A stretch of DNA of 64,000 bases, taken from the IMG/VR virus record IMGVR_UViG_3300020442_002635, positions 1-64,000 of that record; one strand, given 5' to 3'. Position numbers and translations under genes: made by a program. The notes under the pieces are model-generated. The model had not been told where the DNA came from. It ran no database searches and saw only the letters and a list, made by a program, of their open reading frames with translations. Shown one piece after another: positions 7,662-15,774 of this stretch (its first letter is position 1; every line of letters begins with the position of its first letter). The DNA comes from a virus.

Positions 7662-7764
7662 GATAGTAGTCAACTGTGACTTCAAGTGCTGCTGCTTCGG
7701 CTTCAACCTGCGCCCAGAACTCTTCAGCAATTTGTTGCTCTTCCATTTTGTCGTAAATGTTCAT
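7639..7764 (-). CDS. hypothetical acidic protein (41 aa, ...EAEAAALEVTVDYYLAEFF)
   Basis: Hand translation; ATGA coupling. Confidence 0.7.
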   Translation of the reverse strand: MNIYDKMEEQQIAEEFWAQVEAEAAALEVTVDYYLAEFFCS

Positions 7765-8141
7765 GCCATCAGTGCTCCTTCTGGAATAATAACCCTTTCA
7801 GGTTGTTTGTTGTCATCAAACTGGTGCATATCATAACACACCCAACCTGCACTAGTGAAGATGTAAGAGAATTCTTCACCATCAGAGAGAAACTGTTCGC
7901 GAGTTTCATCATAACGAGGAGGACAATTCTCACCACGCTCAGAGTAATACTCTGCACGATTTTCATCGCCCCAAGCAGCGGACATGTCACCACCATCAAT
8001 CAACTCAGAAGCAAGATCGCGTGAATTGTAGTGAGTCTTCAGGATGCGACCCAGCCACTCAGGATAACCATCCCAGTGGTGGTAAGAAGACACAATGCTG
8101 CCATCTTTAAGTTCAATGCCGACTCGTGATCGTGTTGCCAT
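7761..8141 (-). CDS. conserved hypothetical phage protein (YHHWDGYPEWLG motif)
   Basis: ORF track; MATRSRVG...YxHWDGYP motif is widespread in phages. Confidence 0.85.
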   Translation of the reverse strand: MATRSRVGIELKDGSIVSSYHHWDGYPEWLGRILKTHYNSRDLASELIDGGDMSAAWGDENRAEYYSERGENCPPRYDETREQFLSDGEEFSYIFTSAGWVCYDMHQFDDNKQPERVIIPEGALMA

Positions 8142-8160
8142 GTCAGTGATGTGTGCTTAC

Positions 8161-8189
8161 ATAACTGAGACACTTTAGAGGTGAGTAAC
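8161..8189 (-). repeat. 29-bp repeat, copy 10
   Basis: ataactgagacactttagaggtgagtaac; contains the stop codon of the Mom-like gene. Confidence 0.93.
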
Positions 8190-8825
8190 TTTATTATCAG
8201 GGTTTTTCCACTTCTCTTCTTTCCATTTAACGTCCAACTTCTTGTCAAATGTCATCAAGAACCTGTGCTTTTGACTTCTCTTGCGATACTCTCCCTCTAA
8301 ACCTTTACCACCACCTCTAGATTTTTTAGTGTAAGTTCCATCATCATTCAATACCCAGAAGTCAGCAACATTTGCTGATGTCATGCCATAGTATTTGAAA
8401 TTAGATGCTGCATAAATCACACCTTTGTGAAACTTACCATCAGCATATGAAAGTATGGCCCTTACATCAACATCTTTGCGAAATTGTTTGATTGCTCTTG
8501 ATACAAACCATGATGTGATGTTGTGCTCTTCTCCTTGAATATCTGGATGAATGCACAATCTAGACAGTTCAAATAATCCATCCTGTTCATCTCTTTCCAG
8601 TCCATATGCAGATACAGCAATCTCAGGAACTGGAATACCTGTGAATACAATAGCACCAATACATGTACCCACAGGTCTTAAGATATAGTCAGGATCACCC
8701 TTGAATAGTGCATAATTATGCCCTGATCGAAATGTTTTAGAGTGATCCTTCAGATAATGATATGTAAGCAGTAAATGTTCAACTTCTTTTCTTTCTACTT
8801 TCTCAATATAATACTCGCTCTTCAC
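8175..8825 (-). CDS. Mom-like GNAT acetyltransferase (DNA modification family)
   Basis: YHYL, ELSRLC, SWFVSRAIK, ILSYAD..FHKGVIYAASNF motifs characteristic of the Mu Mom family. Confidence 0.8.
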   Translation of the reverse strand: MKSEYYIEKVERKEVEHLLLTYHYLKDHSKTFRSGHNYALFKGDPDYILRPVGTCIGAIVFTGIPVPEIAVSAYGLERDEQDGLFELSRLCIHPDIQGEEHNITSWFVSRAIKQFRKDVDVRAILSYADGKFHKGVIYAASNFKYYGMTSANVADFWVLNDDGTYTKKSRGGGKGLEGEYRKRSQKHRFLMTFDKKLDVKWKEEKWKNPDNKVTHL

Positions 8826-9254
8826 TCAACCTCCATCAACTTGACATCCTGCCAATGCACCACCAACAACACCCAAAGGTATAGCCCACCAGCGACCATC
8901 TCCACGCGATAATGCTGCACCAGCACCACCGCCAAGGATACCACCAAGGACAGAACCTTCTACACAGGAATTTTCATCAACACGACCCATGTTGGGATAT
9001 TCTTCTTCATATCTAATATCAGGAGGAATTGAAGGCACATGATGATTTCTGCAAGGAACTCTCTTTCTTCTGTGTTTTACATATCCACCAACCCATTGAC
9101 CATATTTGTTGTAATATCCAGGTTCATATATTTCTACATTCTTATAGCAATAGTTTTCGTATCGCACACTTCTTTGCCCTCTAATTACAGGGCCTCCAGC
9201 ATATGCAGGGACAGAAGTGGCACCAATCAGAAGCAAAGCAGCAAGAAGTTTCAT
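8826..9254 (-). CDS. signal-peptide protein with C-terminal glycine zipper (2TM)
   Basis: Hydrophobic N-terminus ending AYA; GSVLGGILGGGAGAAL...GVVGGALAG. Confidence 0.8.
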   Translation of the reverse strand: MKLLAALLLIGATSVPAYAGGPVIRGQRSVRYENYCYKNVEIYEPGYYNKYGQWVGGYVKHRRKRVPCRNHHVPSIPPDIRYEEEYPNMGRVDENSCVEGSVLGGILGGGAGAALSRGDGRWWAIPLGVVGGALAGCQVDGG

Positions 9255-9274
9255 GAATTCCTCTCAATAATAAC

Positions 9275-9332
9275 AATTTATATTAAAAAAGCGTCCCTGT
9301 CAAGGGACGCTGTGACACTTATTCTTTTGTCC
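9275..9332 (-). promoter_or_regulatory. sigma70 promoter whose -35 lies in the loop of a terminator-like hairpin, with an upstream dyad
   Basis: Minus TTGACA-N17-TAAATT; GCGTCCCT/AGGGACGC stem plus T6; dyad TGACA-N10-TGTCC at 9313-9332. Confidence 0.7.
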
Positions 9333-9468
9333 TTGCCTGTTGAACAAGATATTCAGCAAATTCTTCCATTTTTTCTGGATGAATTGCCCGAATATCATAC
9401 TGCTCTACCGCAATTTTCATAGACTCAATGTGTTCATGCTTAAGTTTTTTGTCTTTGGGTAGAGTCAT
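9319..9468 (-). CDS. hypothetical protein (49 aa, MTLPKDKKLKHEHIESMK...)
   Basis: Hand translation; AGGAG upstream. Confidence 0.7.
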   Translation of the reverse strand: MTLPKDKKLKHEHIESMKIAVEQYDIRAIHPEKMEEFAEYLVQQARTKE

Positions 9469-9526
9469 GGGCAATCTCCTGAATGTAGTGACATGCTAAC
9501 ATGTCATTTCACAATTAGTTAGCAAT

Positions 9527-9691
9527 TTAATCTTTTCTTTGGGATTGTGTTACAGGAGTTAATGGTTCAACCTCATCCATTTCTTTCCACACATTTTCAA
9601 AATCTGTGATATGCCAAGTCCCAAACTTCTCAGGGGAATACCAAAAGTCTTCCCAATCTTGTGGTGTGGCTTCAGAAATGTTAGCACTCAT
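9527..9691 (-). CDS. hypothetical protein (54 aa, ...ATPQDWEDFW...)
   Basis: Hand translation. Confidence 0.6.
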   Translation of the reverse strand: MSANISEATPQDWEDFWYSPEKFGTWHITDFENVWKEMDEVEPLTPVTQSQRKD

Positions 9692-9863
9692 CTTTCTTAA
9701 ACTGTTTACGACATTTTTTGACTTCTTTGAGTTCTTCTTTAATCATCTGATAAGCATCTTCAGAACTAATTCTTTTTGATAGTTCCATAGCACAGATGAC
9801 TTCAACTCTAGTACCAAAATGTTTGAGTGCTTCCTCAAAACAATTTAGTTCTTCATACATCAA
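9681..9863 (-). CDS. conserved hypothetical protein (cyanobacteria/cyanophage type, [12 protein letters not shown])
   Basis: ORF track; coupled to petF. Confidence 0.75.
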   Translation of the reverse strand: MMYEELNCFEEALKHFGTRVEVICAMELSKRISSEDAYQMIKEELKEVKKCRKQFKKDEC

Positions 9864-10150
9864 TAGAGTTCCTCTTCAGCTTCTGCTTTAATTACACAGT
9901 CACTGGTTGGATATGCAACACAGATCAATGCAAATCCTGCTTCAATTTGATCATCATCCAAGAATGATTGATCGCTCTGATCAACTGTACCTGACTCAAT
10001 CTTTGCTGCACATGATGAACATGCACCAGCACGACAGGAATATGGAAGATCTACACCTTGTTCTTCAGCAGCATCAAGAATGTATTGATCGTCCTCACAT
10101 TGAATAGTTGATTCGCCCTCAGAAGACTTGATAGTAATTGAATAAGTCAT
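9860..10150 (-). CDS. petF: plant-type 2Fe-2S ferredoxin (auxiliary metabolic gene)
   Basis: [25 protein letters not shown]...DQSFLDDDQ...[11 protein letters not shown]. Confidence 0.97.
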   Translation of the reverse strand: MTYSITIKSSEGESTIQCEDDQYILDAAEEQGVDLPYSCRAGACSSCAAKIESGTVDQSDQSFLDDDQIEAGFALICVAYPTSDCVIKAEAEEELY

Positions 10151-10371
10151 GTACCTTTGTTACTGTCAGAGATATTATATATCACAGGATGAATCTTGTC
10201 AATCTGAGATTTGAGTGATGTTTCTATTTCAAGAACAAGATCATGCAGTTCACGATTTTCTTTTTCTAATTCAACAACACGTTCAGTTAATGTTTCAATT
10301 TGGTTGTATAGATTGTCACTAACTGATAACTTTTTTGTTGGAGAAAAGAATTTTTGCACCCAGGTTAACAT
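10147..10371 (-). CDS. hypothetical coiled-coil protein
   Basis: ORF track; heptad pattern. Confidence 0.7.
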   Translation of the reverse strand: MLTWVQKFFSPTKKLSVSDNLYNQIETLTERVVELEKENRELHDLVLEIETSLKSQIDKIHPVIYNISDSNKGT

Positions 10372-10394
10372 ACATTATTCTATACGATTATAGA

Positions 10395-10511
10395 TTATGT
10401 ATCCTCTGTTGTCTTATTTTCGTTAAGTTTTTTAACTGCTTCAATCACTTCAGGAGTTTCTTCCCACTCCCATGTATTTCCTTTACTATCTACAAATGTT
10501 CGTGTTGCCAT
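10395..10511 (-). CDS. hypothetical protein (38 aa, MATRTFVDSKGNTWEWEETPE)
   Basis: Hand translation; TAATG coupling. Confidence 0.6.
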   Translation of the reverse strand: MATRTFVDSKGNTWEWEETPEVIEAVKKLNENKTTEDT

Positions 10512-10897
10512 TAGTTCTCCTCAAATGAAAGGTTTGGGTTGTAACAAGAAAACAATTCATCACCAGCTTTAACATCGCGAGTTGTATAGTAATTCTGAGT
10601 CATATTAACTCCATCAACATACCACTCAACATTGAAATGTTCTCGTGAATGATTAAACAATGAACCAACACCAAATCCAATAAACAATTTCCCCTTTATA
10701 TTTGCAACATAACGTGGCAATTCAACTGCATCTGGTGATATTTCATCAGGATCGACGATTGCAATAGGACATTCTTCAATAAGTTCATACTGAGGAATAT
10801 CTTCATTAGCAAAAACTCCCCATCCTTGGATGGGAGATCGCTTCACCTGAATCTTTGGATTACGATATAGTTCAGTTTTATATACGCTATGGTTCAT
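10511..10897 (-). CDS. SET-domain protein-lysine methyltransferase
   Basis: SPIQGWGVFA.EDI, FNHS...N, TRDVKAGDELF..Y. Confidence 0.9.
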   Translation of the reverse strand: MNHSVYKTELYRNPKIQVKRSPIQGWGVFANEDIPQYELIEECPIAIVDPDEISPDAVELPRYVANIKGKLFIGFGVGSLFNHSREHFNVEWYVDGVNMTQNYYTTRDVKAGDELFSCYNPNLSFEEN

Positions 10898-11051
10898 TTC
10901 TCCCCAAGTTACGAATTTGTCGCTCTAGTTCATATTTTACAGGGTTTAGATGCCTGTAAATATAAGGTTTATATTCATTATCCTCCAAAAGGCTAACAAT
11001 ATTATTGATTTGTGTCAAGGCAGAGAATAACCTTTCAGCTTCAGTGATCAT
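10887..11051 (-). CDS. hypothetical protein (MITEAERLFSAL...KYELERQ)
   Basis: ORF track with start moved to ATG 11051. Confidence 0.65.
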   Translation of the reverse strand: MITEAERLFSALTQINNIVSLLEDNEYKPYIYRHLNPVKYELERQIRNLGRNEP

Positions 11052-11503
11052 TTGTATATACTCTTTGTGCGGCAATGAGAGTATCATATGGAATCCATGC
11101 AGGATCTTCTTTATCAAACTGAACCTGAACTTCAGTGATTACTTTCTCAAGATACCTATTATATGTTTTTCTAGTGTTCTTTACTGGTGCAATTGGATTT
11201 GTCATTTTTTTCATTTATTATGTCAGACGAAGACGATAGTCTTTTAATTTTTGAATCAATCGTGAATGATTTACAACACCAGGATCAATTTGTTCCCTTG
11301 CTCTAGCTACATAATGTTCTGACATTGTTTCTAATGCTTTAAGGACGTGATCGACTTCTTGGAGTGATAGATTCATATGAATTATGTGAGTGATTTGTAA
11401 ACTGCTTCAATGTGCATATGACCATGAAAATATCCTGCAACAATGACACAGAGAGTACAAAAGATAACTCCCAAAAACATCAGTACAGGGACATTATAGT
11501 TCT

Positions 11504-11701
11504 TTAGTGCCATCTTTTGGACTTGAGATATTTTAACATATCTGAACGAATATCCATCAGTTCATGATAACATCTTTGATTGTGAGCACACTGACGAAGT
11601 GCAGGATCTGGTTTGATTACAGACTCGATAAAGATGTCAAGACCACGATTCCATTTTTCTTGTTTAGATTCGTTGTCATCAATAGTGTACTGATCCTTCA
11701 T
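11504..11701 (-). CDS. conserved hypothetical cyanophage protein (65 aa)
   Basis: ORF track. Confidence 0.75.
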   Translation of the reverse strand: MKDQYTIDDNESKQEKWNRGLDIFIESVIKPDPALRQCAHNQRCYHELMDIRSDMLKYLKSKRWH

Positions 11702-11734
11702 TAAAACACTCCTGTTGAATCTCTTCGATATTTA

Positions 11735-11929
11735 TCACACAATTGCTTCCCAATTATCATCAGCTGATTCACTCATCCAAAAACTGTACTTGCCAGTGAT
11801 AGATGACAGAAATACCTGACCATCTTTACGTTGTTCAACACGACAAGAGTGGAGGTTATGCATCAAGTTAGCAAAACGATTTTTTGCTTTTGAGCTCTTC
11901 GGTTTTACACAAATGAATTCGGTCTTCAT
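11735..11929 (-). CDS. hypothetical protein (64 aa)
   Basis: ORF track; upstream promoter. Confidence 0.75.
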   Translation of the reverse strand: MKTEFICVKPKSSKAKNRFANLMHNLHSCRVEQRKDGQVFLSSITGKYSFWMSESADDNWEAIV

Positions 11930-11953
11930 ACTTTAATTAACCTCGACAAAGGT

Positions 11954-11982
11954 ATTCTACAGAGTTTTTAGGATGCTGTCAA
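11954..11982 (-). promoter_or_regulatory. sigma70-like early promoter
   Basis: Minus TTGACA-N17-TAGAAT. Confidence 0.75.
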
Positions 11983-12435
11983 GCGATTAGGGAAAGCAGT
12001 TCCTGATCCAAAAGATCCAGGTCCAAGTCCAAGATATGAGTGATAGAGTTTTACCTCCATCTCTTGGGCTTCAATCTCCCATGGTTGGTCGGAATAGTCT
12101 GTATGAGAGTGGTCTATGCCCCTCCAATAGCGTTTCTCTCCCCTATCTTTAAGATCACCCTTGACATGCTGATAAACGTGCCACAGTTCATGTAAGAGGA
12201 TGGTACTGTACTTATCAACACTGAGACGATTGTGCATCTCAATCTCAAACTCTCTTGGGCGAGAATCAGAATCCATCACAGTACACCATCCAAAGACACC
12301 TTCGCGAAGAAGTCCACGATGATTAACTGTAATGTCAAGTTTATGGCGTGGCAGATACTTATCTACAAACCAGTGAACAATGTCATCACATCGTTTACGG
12401 CTGTAGTTGTATCCACAAGTTTCAAGATAGAGCAT
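11968..12435 (-). CDS. zincin-like metallopeptidase (HExxH)
   Basis: LLHELWHVYQ plus downstream PWEIEA. Confidence 0.8.
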   Translation of the reverse strand: MLYLETCGYNYSRKRCDDIVHWFVDKYLPRHKLDITVNHRGLLREGVFGWCTVMDSDSRPREFEIEMHNRLSVDKYSTILLHELWHVYQHVKGDLKDRGEKRYWRGIDHSHTDYSDQPWEIEAQEMEVKLYHSYLGLGPGSFGSGTAFPNRLTAS

Positions 12436-12579
12436 TGAGAGTAACTGTTGTGACTCGTGTTCCCCACTGCATCATCCACATAAATGATGCAATAAAGATT
12501 AGTTTTTCAGTGGTGGTCATTCCTCCTCTGTGGTTATCCACATAGTTTAAGGTATCATGATCCATTTTTTGTCAAGAGT

Positions 12580-12629
12580 GTGCAGTAATCAAACTGTCCA
12601 TTGACATCTTGATTGTATTTTGTTAGTAT
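12580..12629 (+). promoter_or_regulatory. sigma70 promoter with upstream dyad for the plus-strand gene pair
   Basis: TTGACA(12601)-N17-TAGTAT(12624); GTGCA-N10-TGTCC at 12580-12599. Confidence 0.75.
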
Positions 12630-12653
12630 TCAAATCATCTATACCATATAATA

Positions 12654-13388
12654 ATGATCACTGTATATTGGTCTCCTTGGTATGCAGATAAGAAGACATA
12701 TGATGAAAACTATCTAACACACTATGGATTAGATAATGTTTATGCTGATCTTCTAGTGCATAAAGATCAATCAAATGCTAGAGATAACTTCTTTAATTGC
12801 TATGCATTTAAAGGTGCAATGAAGAATATGTATTGTCTTAGGAATCCTTACTCTGTTGATCTTCGATATGAGAATGGTAAATGTATTTCTAATGCACCAC
12901 CAAAAGCAATTTATGATCTTGCAATGACATCACAAGTCAAAGCTCCTTCAATGCAAGATGCACTGACGATTAACTATGGCGTCAGTTGGATATTCTTTGC
13001 TGATAAACCCCTACACATACAAACAATGCATCCATATATGCATGGGACAGAGGCAAGTAAGACATCATTTTATGTCCCTGGATCTTTTGACATCTCTAAA
13101 TGGTTTCGACCAGTTGAAACTGCATGTCAGTTATTTCCTGGTGAGAATACATTTAAGTCTGATGAAGGTGAGCCACTAATCTATGCAAACTTCCTGACTG
13201 ATGAGAAGATTCAATTCAAGAAGTTCTACCTGACTCAGGAAATCATTGATCATTCAATGAGTTGTATGAAACTCAAATACTTCAAGTCATTCAAGGCACT
13301 AAATTACTTGTATAAGATATTTGTTCAGAGTAAACTGAGAAATAAAATCCTGACTGAGATCAAGAAAAATGTTATTGAGGATGAATGA
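12654..13388 (+). CDS. hypothetical protein (possible dUTPase-like beta-clip fold)
   Basis: ORF track; C-x-A, VPGSFDISKWFRP, GEPL motifs; fold is an inference. Confidence 0.75.
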   Translation: MITVYWSPWYADKKTYDENYLTHYGLDNVYADLLVHKDQSNARDNFFNCYAFKGAMKNMYCLRNPYSVDLRYENGKCISNAPPKAIYDLAMTSQVKAPSMQDALTINYGVSWIFFADKPLHIQTMHPYMHGTEASKTSFYVPGSFDISKWFRPVETACQLFPGENTFKSDEGEPLIYANFLTDEKIQFKKFYLTQEIIDHSMSCMKLKYFKSFKALNYLYKIFVQSKLRNKILTEIKKNVIEDE

Positions 13389-14113
13389 TGTTTAAGAAAC
13401 CACTCAAGTTGACTGCATATACTTGGGAGAATGATATATTTACAAATGATAAACCAACATTCAATAAGACTGATCAGACTGATTGGATGAGATTATTGCC
13501 ACCAAGTTATGATGAGTTTGATCAACCATCAAACAGTTACTTTGAGATGGCAACTGCCAAGAATTGTCCTGGCATTAAGAACTTTATTGGTGGTGGAATT
13601 AAGTTTCGCATGTGGGCACATTTACATGCAAGAGTTCACCCAAATGGATATGTAGAGGAACTTCCTGGATCTTTTAAGGGCAACAACCCAGCACCATTGT
13701 TTGCTCAGCATCCAAAGGCTCAGTATGAACACATTTATCAAAGAAATAAAACATCATTCAAGTTAAACAATCCTTGGATCATGCAATGCAACAAACCAAC
13801 AAAGTTTGTGTTCGTTGAATCTCATTATTCTACAAATCATTTAAGGGAAAATAATGTCAACATTGCTCCAGGTATCATTGACTTTAAATATCAGAAAGCA
13901 ACAAACATTCATCTGATTGTTGATGTAAAAGAAGAACCATATGAATTGATTATCCCATATGGCACTCCATTGATGACACTATTTCCCATGACTGAGGAGA
14001 AGATTAACTTCGATTGTGAATTAGTATCAAAGGATGAATATGAAAGAATCAATATTACATTTCCAAGATGTCCAATGAGAAAATACTATCAGTTAATTAA
14101 GAACCTTAGCTAG
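13385..14113 (+). CDS. hypothetical protein, distant paralogue-like of the upstream gene
   Basis: ORF track; TAKNCPG, KLNNPW, PGIIDF, GTPL motifs; ATGA coupling. Confidence 0.75.
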   Translation: MMFKKPLKLTAYTWENDIFTNDKPTFNKTDQTDWMRLLPPSYDEFDQPSNSYFEMATAKNCPGIKNFIGGGIKFRMWAHLHARVHPNGYVEELPGSFKGNNPAPLFAQHPKAQYEHIYQRNKTSFKLNNPWIMQCNKPTKFVFVESHYSTNHLRENNVNIAPGIIDFKYQKATNIHLIVDVKEEPYELIIPYGTPLMTLFPMTEEKINFDCELVSKDEYERINITFPRCPMRKYYQLIKNLS

Positions 14114-15772
14114 TTTCTGAATCTCTGGTAGATACATATATTCTATGTCACTTTTGCGAAGTGTAGTAACTGCATCGTCAATAGTTTCTACCAGAGGATC
14201 TCCACCTAGATTAAAACTCGTATTGAATAAAATAGGAACTTCGCTGAGTTTTTCAAACTCTGAGATTAAGTTATAGTAGTGTTCATTCTGTTCTTTTGTG
14301 ACAGTCTGAATCCTACATGTATTGTCTACATGAATGACTGATGGGATAATATCTGCAACACCTTCTCTTGCTTCAACTGCATACATCATGTTGGGAGATT
14401 CATCCATACCTGCAAGATCAAACCAGTCATGAACTTTTTCTTTTAAAATAGAACATGCAAATGGTCTGAACCATTCACGATGTTTGACCTGGTTTACAAT
14501 ATCCTTTCCATCTTTGATTGTAGGATCAAATAGAATAGATCTGTTGCCTAATGCTCTTGGTCCTCCTTCAGATCTACCTTGGAAGATAGTTACGATGTTT
14601 CCATCTCTGATGAGTTTGGCAACATCTTCATAGGAAGTATCAACCACATCAACATCATTCAGATCTCTTAGATAATTATCTGGATCATATTGTGGACCAT
14701 AATAAACTACAGATTGTGGTTCTGGAATTCTCTCAGTTGTATGAGCATAGTGATACTTTGCTGCACCAATAGATGTTCCACCATCATGAGAGATTGGTTC
14801 GCAGTATATGTTGAGGTCTGGGAATTCTTTTACATACTTATAATTTGCTACGCAATTCAAACCATATCCACCACAGATGACAATATTTGTCTCTCCTGTC
14901 ATTTCATGAGCCTTACGAATCAATTCAACCATACGATCTGATGTTTCTTCCTGAACTTTGTATGCAAGATCTTTTTGAATGTCAGTGTATTCACCTTGAG
15001 TCTGCAACTTACAATCATCATGAATAATTTTATATCTAGAAATATTGATTGTTGCTGCATTTGGATACGTTGGAATAATCAAGTTTCTATTCCCCCAACC
15101 ATCAACAAAGAAATCAGGTAGATCATCATTTGGTTTTCCGTATGGAGCAAGACCCATAAGTTTTCCTGCTTCAATAGCTTTAAACCCACAGTGCTGTGTG
15201 ACTGCTTCATACATTTTTGTGAGTCCAGGATATTCTGTTAGATGTATATCTGGTTCTATCTCAGTATATCCTATGGGTACTTTCGTTCCAATGTGTTTAT
15301 ATACAGTGTCAAAATGAGTTGGGTTATGTACTCTAATAATTGATTCAAATTCATAGCAAGGTTCTTGGATGTCCCCAATCTTTAGAAAACTACCTGCTCC
15401 ATCAGCAATTACACAAACAGCAGTTTCAAATCCAGAATTGTAATATCCACATGCGGCGTGCATTTCATGATGAATTTCATCAATATAATGTGTTTTAAAC
15501 TGAAACTTTTTCTTTGCTAATTTTCTAACCCAACCTTCGTAAATACTTTCACGGGTCCATTCAAAAATTGGTCCATCTCTATGAGTATGGCATATTATTA
15601 AATCATCGATATAATCAACATAATCAAATACTTTCTGAAGTCCCAAAAGAGGATCTCCATCCCATTTATCTCTAGATAATCTCTCCTCTTCAAGATAAAA
15701 AACTACCTCACCATCAACTAAAAGTGTGGTACTGCCATTATGACCACGAGCAATAGAAACAATAACTGACAT
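14093..15772 (-). CDS. carbamoyltransferase (CmcH/NodU family)
   Basis: EEERLSR, HHEMHA, DGAG, GKLMGLAPYG, GGYGLNC..N, DGGTSIG, EGGPRALGNRS, RPFA, NTSFN. Confidence 0.95.
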   Translation of the reverse strand: MSVIVSIARGHNGSTTLLVDGEVVFYLEEERLSRDKWDGDPLLGLQKVFDYVDYIDDLIICHTHRDGPIFEWTRESIYEGWVRKLAKKKFQFKTHYIDEIHHEMHAACGYYNSGFETAVCVIADGAGSFLKIGDIQEPCYEFESIIRVHNPTHFDTVYKHIGTKVPIGYTEIEPDIHLTEYPGLTKMYEAVTQHCGFKAIEAGKLMGLAPYGKPNDDLPDFFVDGWGNRNLIIPTYPNAATINISRYKIIHDDCKLQTQGEYTDIQKDLAYKVQEETSDRMVELIRKAHEMTGETNIVICGGYGLNCVANYKYVKEFPDLNIYCEPISHDGGTSIGAAKYHYAHTTERIPEPQSVVYYGPQYDPDNYLRDLNDVDVVDTSYEDVAKLIRDGNIVTIFQGRSEGGPRALGNRSILFDPTIKDGKDIVNQVKHREWFRPFACSILKEKVHDWFDLAGMDESPNMMYAVEAREGVADIIPSVIHVDNTCRIQTVTKEQNEHYYNLISEFEKLSEVPILFNTSFNLGGDPLVETIDDAVTTLRKSDIEYMYLPEIQKLAKVLN

Positions 15773-15774
15773 GA

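Noticed and set aside
193-8189. 29-bp repeats as a CRISPR array
   Set aside because: Intervals are irregular (hundreds to more than 1700 bp) and contain intact genes; no cas genes are present.
193-8189. Repeats as canonical integron attC or Xer dif sites
   Set aside because: They lack RYYYAAC/GTTRRRY ends, show only weak non-conserved self-complementarity, and have no recognisable XerC/XerD arms. No integrase lies in the window. Kept only as an analogy.
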